This document shows, one piece after another, positions 60,697-63,545 of a stretch of DNA of 63,545 nucleotides. The first letter of the stretch is position 1. Every line of letters begins with the position of its first letter. Source of the stretch: a virus. Taxonomy: Duplodnaviria > Caudoviricetes. The notes under the pieces are model-generated. The model did not search any database. It saw only the letters and a list, made by a program, of their open reading frames with translations, and was not told the DNA's origin. Made by a program: the position numbers and the translations under genes. The DNA is taken from the IMG/VR virus record IMGVR_UViG_3300010155_000006, positions 1-63,545 of that record; one strand, given 5' to 3'.

Positions 60697-61089
60697 ATGG
60701 CAACTAATACCTCACAAACTATCATCAATTTTACTTCTAATTTTGGAGACACACCTTATGGTAATTCTACCCCTAATATTCAGTATAAATCTGGAGTAAA
60801 TTATATAGATAATATGACATCTATGCAAACTCCACCTAGAATCGCCCCCAATAATAAACACACCGCAGGAGAATTGGCCAATACTTCTTTAATACCCACT
60901 AAATTCTTATCTGTAGATAATCCTATACGTGATACTAGTATTAAAGGAGTAAATTTATTAGTGTTTTCTCCTCAAGCAATTAATTATACTACTAATGGAA
61001 ATGTGGTAATGGACCCAAGAGCCTATGTTAAATTCTTTTTTTCAGGTGTACAATTTTTAAAATTAAATGGTAGTGAACTTACCCCATAA
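60697..61089 (+). CDS. Hypothetical protein
   Basis: 130-aa ORF packed in the operon. Confidence 0.55.
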   Translation: MATNTSQTIINFTSNFGDTPYGNSTPNIQYKSGVNYIDNMTSMQTPPRIAPNNKHTAGELANTSLIPTKFLSVDNPIRDTSIKGVNLLVFSPQAINYTTNGNVVMDPRAYVKFFFSGVQFLKLNGSELTP

Positions 61090-61115
61090 TAAAACAAAGA
61101 TAAAAATATAGAGAA

Positions 61116-62243
61116 ATGGATTTTAAACCAGTAACATTAAAAACAGTAGATTCTGAAATAATACCTTTTGGAACCCTAAACCCCAACTTTAACGGGTATA
61201 ATCAAATAAGTGGTTCCAATCTGAAATTTACAGTGGCTCAAAGAGACCCAAATAACGGAAGACCTTTTTCTAACTTATATTCTTCTTTTGGACTTCCGGC
61301 TGCTCCCTTTGAGGTAAATGCGTGGGATACCGAATGGGGAAATAATAGTGCATTGACAACTATTGATAACGCACTTAATGTAGTGGTGGTAGAAATTCCA
61401 AAAAATACGTATGGGGAATTGATAGATGGAAGGACTTTCCGACTTAAATTACCTTTAGTGGGTGGTGTTAGTGTCAATTGTTATAGTTCATATTACGCTT
61501 CTTATAATGCTTCGAGTGACCCGAGTATTGAGGCAGAAAGATTTGGACATACCTCAGCCTTAAGTTTAGGACTTACCCCAGATATTGAAACACCGAGTAC
61601 TAATGTATCATTTTTATTTGCAGATACTTTTGGTACTCCAGTAAATGGTGGAAGTTGGTCCGCTGGTTATACCACTAGTTCTCCACCAGCTGGTTATCCT
61701 GACGCGACTTCATTCTTTAGTTTTACTCAAGATAAAGTAGTTGCCGTTCCTAGTGATGGTGGAAGTGGAGTAGATTATCCTATAGGCATATGTTATTTAG
61801 ATAAAGGATTTATTGTATTAACTAGTTCTGCCCTTACTCAAAGCATAGATTGGTCTGCCTCTACCGCGTCCGGTTGTATACCAGCAGGAACTGGTTGTAC
61901 AGGAACTACTGTAATATATAGTGCTATCACCCAAGATTATTTTGCACCCAGTGCTGCAGATTTAACCTATTATAGTTTTGAAAAACAATGGGTACTAAGC
62001 GTTCAATGTGATGCAATAACAGATGAATTTTATTTAAGTAGTAATCCTACCGCTGCACCTTTAAATCCTATAGTCACTTCTAATGGAGAATATGATTTAA
62101 GTAGTGTTAATAAACCCGTTTACATTACTGAAATTGGGTTGTATGATTCTAATGGAGATATGCTAGCAATAGCTAAACCCGATAGGCCAATTGAAAAATA
62201 TAGGAATCAAACACAAACTTTTGACTTGAAATTTAGATTTTAA
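61116..62243 (+). CDS. Tail protein with collar-type C-terminus
   Basis: 'SSNPT...VYITEIGLYDSNGDMLAIAKPDRPIEK'. Confidence 0.6.
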   Translation: MDFKPVTLKTVDSEIIPFGTLNPNFNGYNQISGSNLKFTVAQRDPNNGRPFSNLYSSFGLPAAPFEVNAWDTEWGNNSALTTIDNALNVVVVEIPKNTYGELIDGRTFRLKLPLVGGVSVNCYSSYYASYNASSDPSIEAERFGHTSALSLGLTPDIETPSTNVSFLFADTFGTPVNGGSWSAGYTTSSPPAGYPDATSFFSFTQDKVVAVPSDGGSGVDYPIGICYLDKGFIVLTSSALTQSIDWSASTASGCIPAGTGCTGTTVIYSAITQDYFAPSAADLTYYSFEKQWVLSVQCDAITDEFYLSSNPTAAPLNPIVTSNGEYDLSSVNKPVYITEIGLYDSNGDMLAIAKPDRPIEKYRNQTQTFDLKFRF

Positions 62244-62836
62244 TGGAATTAAAAAATGAACCCAAAGTACTGGGATTAGATATCTCAACCAAGACTATTG
62301 GTTGGGCTCTTTTTGGGCTCAAGAGTCAAAAATTATTAGAATTAACCCATTTTTCCCCTAGAGTTAGTCCGCGCCCAGAAGATAAAATAGAAGAACACCT
62401 GAAGAAAGCGGCGGCTTTTCAAGAAAAATTAGAAGAAGTAAAAGGATTGGGTGTTATTCGTGTAATCATTGAAGAACCTCTTTTAACTTCTAATAATCTT
62501 TATACGGTAGGGACATTATTACGATACAATTCAATGATTGTTAAAACAGTTTACGATATCCTTAATGTAGTTCCTACTTTTATTTCTACCTACAATTCTA
62601 GAAAATATGCACATTCTTCATTGTATGGTTACAATGACAAAGGTAAAAAAGTATTATTTGGTGGATTTCCTAAAGACACTAATAAAAAAGTAGCAGTCTG
62701 GGAACAAGTTAAAAAATTAGAACCACATATTGTTTGGCCTTATACTAAAAATGATACCCCCAAAAAAGAATGTTTTGATATGGCAGATGCTTACACATGT
62801 GTAAGAGGTCATATGTTACAAAATGAGTTGTGGTAA
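62243..62836 (+). CDS. ruvC: RuvC-like Holliday junction resolvase
   Basis: 'VLGLDISTKTIGW', 'VIIEEP', 'DMADAY'. Confidence 0.8.
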   Translation: MELKNEPKVLGLDISTKTIGWALFGLKSQKLLELTHFSPRVSPRPEDKIEEHLKKAAAFQEKLEEVKGLGVIRVIIEEPLLTSNNLYTVGTLLRYNSMIVKTVYDILNVVPTFISTYNSRKYAHSSLYGYNDKGKKVLFGGFPKDTNKKVAVWEQVKKLEPHIVWPYTKNDTPKKECFDMADAYTCVRGHMLQNELW

Positions 62837-62867
62837 TTGACATTCTCACTTAATAAAATTATATTTA
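62837..62867 (+). promoter_or_regulatory. Putative promoter TTGACA-N17-TATATTTA immediately before primase
   Basis: Read directly; same architecture as 2898, 19332 and 29282. Confidence 0.5.
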
Positions 62868-62870
62868 GGT

Positions 62871-63545
62871 GTGGAAGACTATCAACTTATTATAGAAATA
62901 CTAGAAGAGGTATTTGGTGACATTCACCAACATTACCCCCATAAAGGTCAGATTTCATTTGATTGCCCCGTTTGTTCTTATGATATTAAAGGATTAGAAA
63001 GTGGAGACCGCAAAGGTAATTTAGAAATTAATTATCAAATGGGGGTTTATAAATGTTGGGCTTGTACCGAGACCCACGACACCCATGGATATATTCCTAA
63101 ACTTATCAGAAAATGGGGAGATAAAACCCAACTACGTAATTTTGAATTAGTATGTCCTGATGAATTTCTTCAGGTAGAGAAAAAATTTAATAAAAATATT
63201 AAATTACCATATGGTTTTACTAAATTAACAGACGCTTCACCTTATGATTTAAATGCAAAACAAGCATTTAATTATCTAAGAAAAAGAAACATAGGAGAAG
63301 AGCTAATAAAAAAATATGGAATTGGTTTTACCATTCAAGGAGAATATAAATTTAGAATAATAGTACCGACTTACACTTCAGAAGGGACCCTCCAGTATTT
63401 TGTAGGAAGAAGTTATATTAATGCTAAACTTAAATATAAAAATCCTGAACAGGAAAAAAGTAAAATCATTTTTAATGAAGAGAAAATTGATTGGGAAAAA
63501 GATATATTTTTAGTAGAAGGTGTATTTGATATGTTCTTTTTACCT
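62871..63545 (+). CDS. dnaG: DNA primase (DnaG/gp61-like), 3' truncated; missing from the supplied ORF track
   Basis: Hand translation from GTG 62871: Zn finger CPVC...CWAC, 'YLRKRNI', 'RIIVP', 'YFVGRS', 'KYKNP', TOPRIM 'LVEGVFD'. Confidence 0.9.
   Translation, partial: MEDYQLIIEILEEVFGDIHQHYPHKGQISFDCPVCSYDIKGLESGDRKGNLEINYQMGVYKCWACTETHDTHGYIPKLIRKWGDKTQLRNFELVCPDEFLQVEKKFNKNIKLPYGFTKLTDASPYDLNAKQAFNYLRKRNIGEELIKKYGIGFTIQGEYKFRIIVPTYTSEGTLQYFVGRSYINAKLKYKNPEQEKSKIIFNEEKIDWEKDIFLVEGVFDMFFLP

Noticed and set aside
1889-61477. Many short antisense or alternate-frame ORFs in the track (e.g. 5006-5854, 18578-18901, 44718-45092, 55871-56302)
   Set aside because: They lie within long well-supported genes, lack recognisable motifs and are shadows of codon bias
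1-63545. Stop-codon reassignment as in Lak or some crAss-like phages
   Set aside because: Multi-kb ORFs are intact in the standard code, and TAG/TGA end genes at sensible positions (e.g. FKBP ends at TAG 21726)

Overview
AT-rich, gene-dense segment of a large contractile-tailed (T4-like/jumbo-type) bacteriophage genome, almost all on the + strand and read with the standard code. From left to right it holds: (1) a HAD / P-loop kinase / HAD trio; (2) tail tube, an antisense Mom-like DNA-modification gene, a gp26/gp51-like pair, a probable tape measure, and two giant baseplate-hub proteins, one with an OmpA-like domain and one with a Zn-amidase; (3) a replication block (SSB, RecA/UvsX, FKBP PPIase, 5'-3' exonuclease, DnaB-like helicase, class II RNR, Smr); (4) gp25 and gp6-like wedge genes, then about 33 kb of large modular Cys/Thr/Pro-rich baseplate/fibre genes; (5) a RuvC-like resolvase and a primase cut by the window end. 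The best candidate for an undescribed system is the modular adhesin/fibre array. It contains Bacteroidota surface-protein-like modules, a HiPIP-like 4-Cys motif, a membrane-spanning member, and domains shared between genes. Other signals are apparent GATC avoidance beside the Mom-like gene, a recurring TATTTAT upstream motif, Bacteroidota-type promoters, a possible chaperone frameshift and putative capsid-targeting leaders. All family calls come from motif recognition by eye; no database search or count was run.
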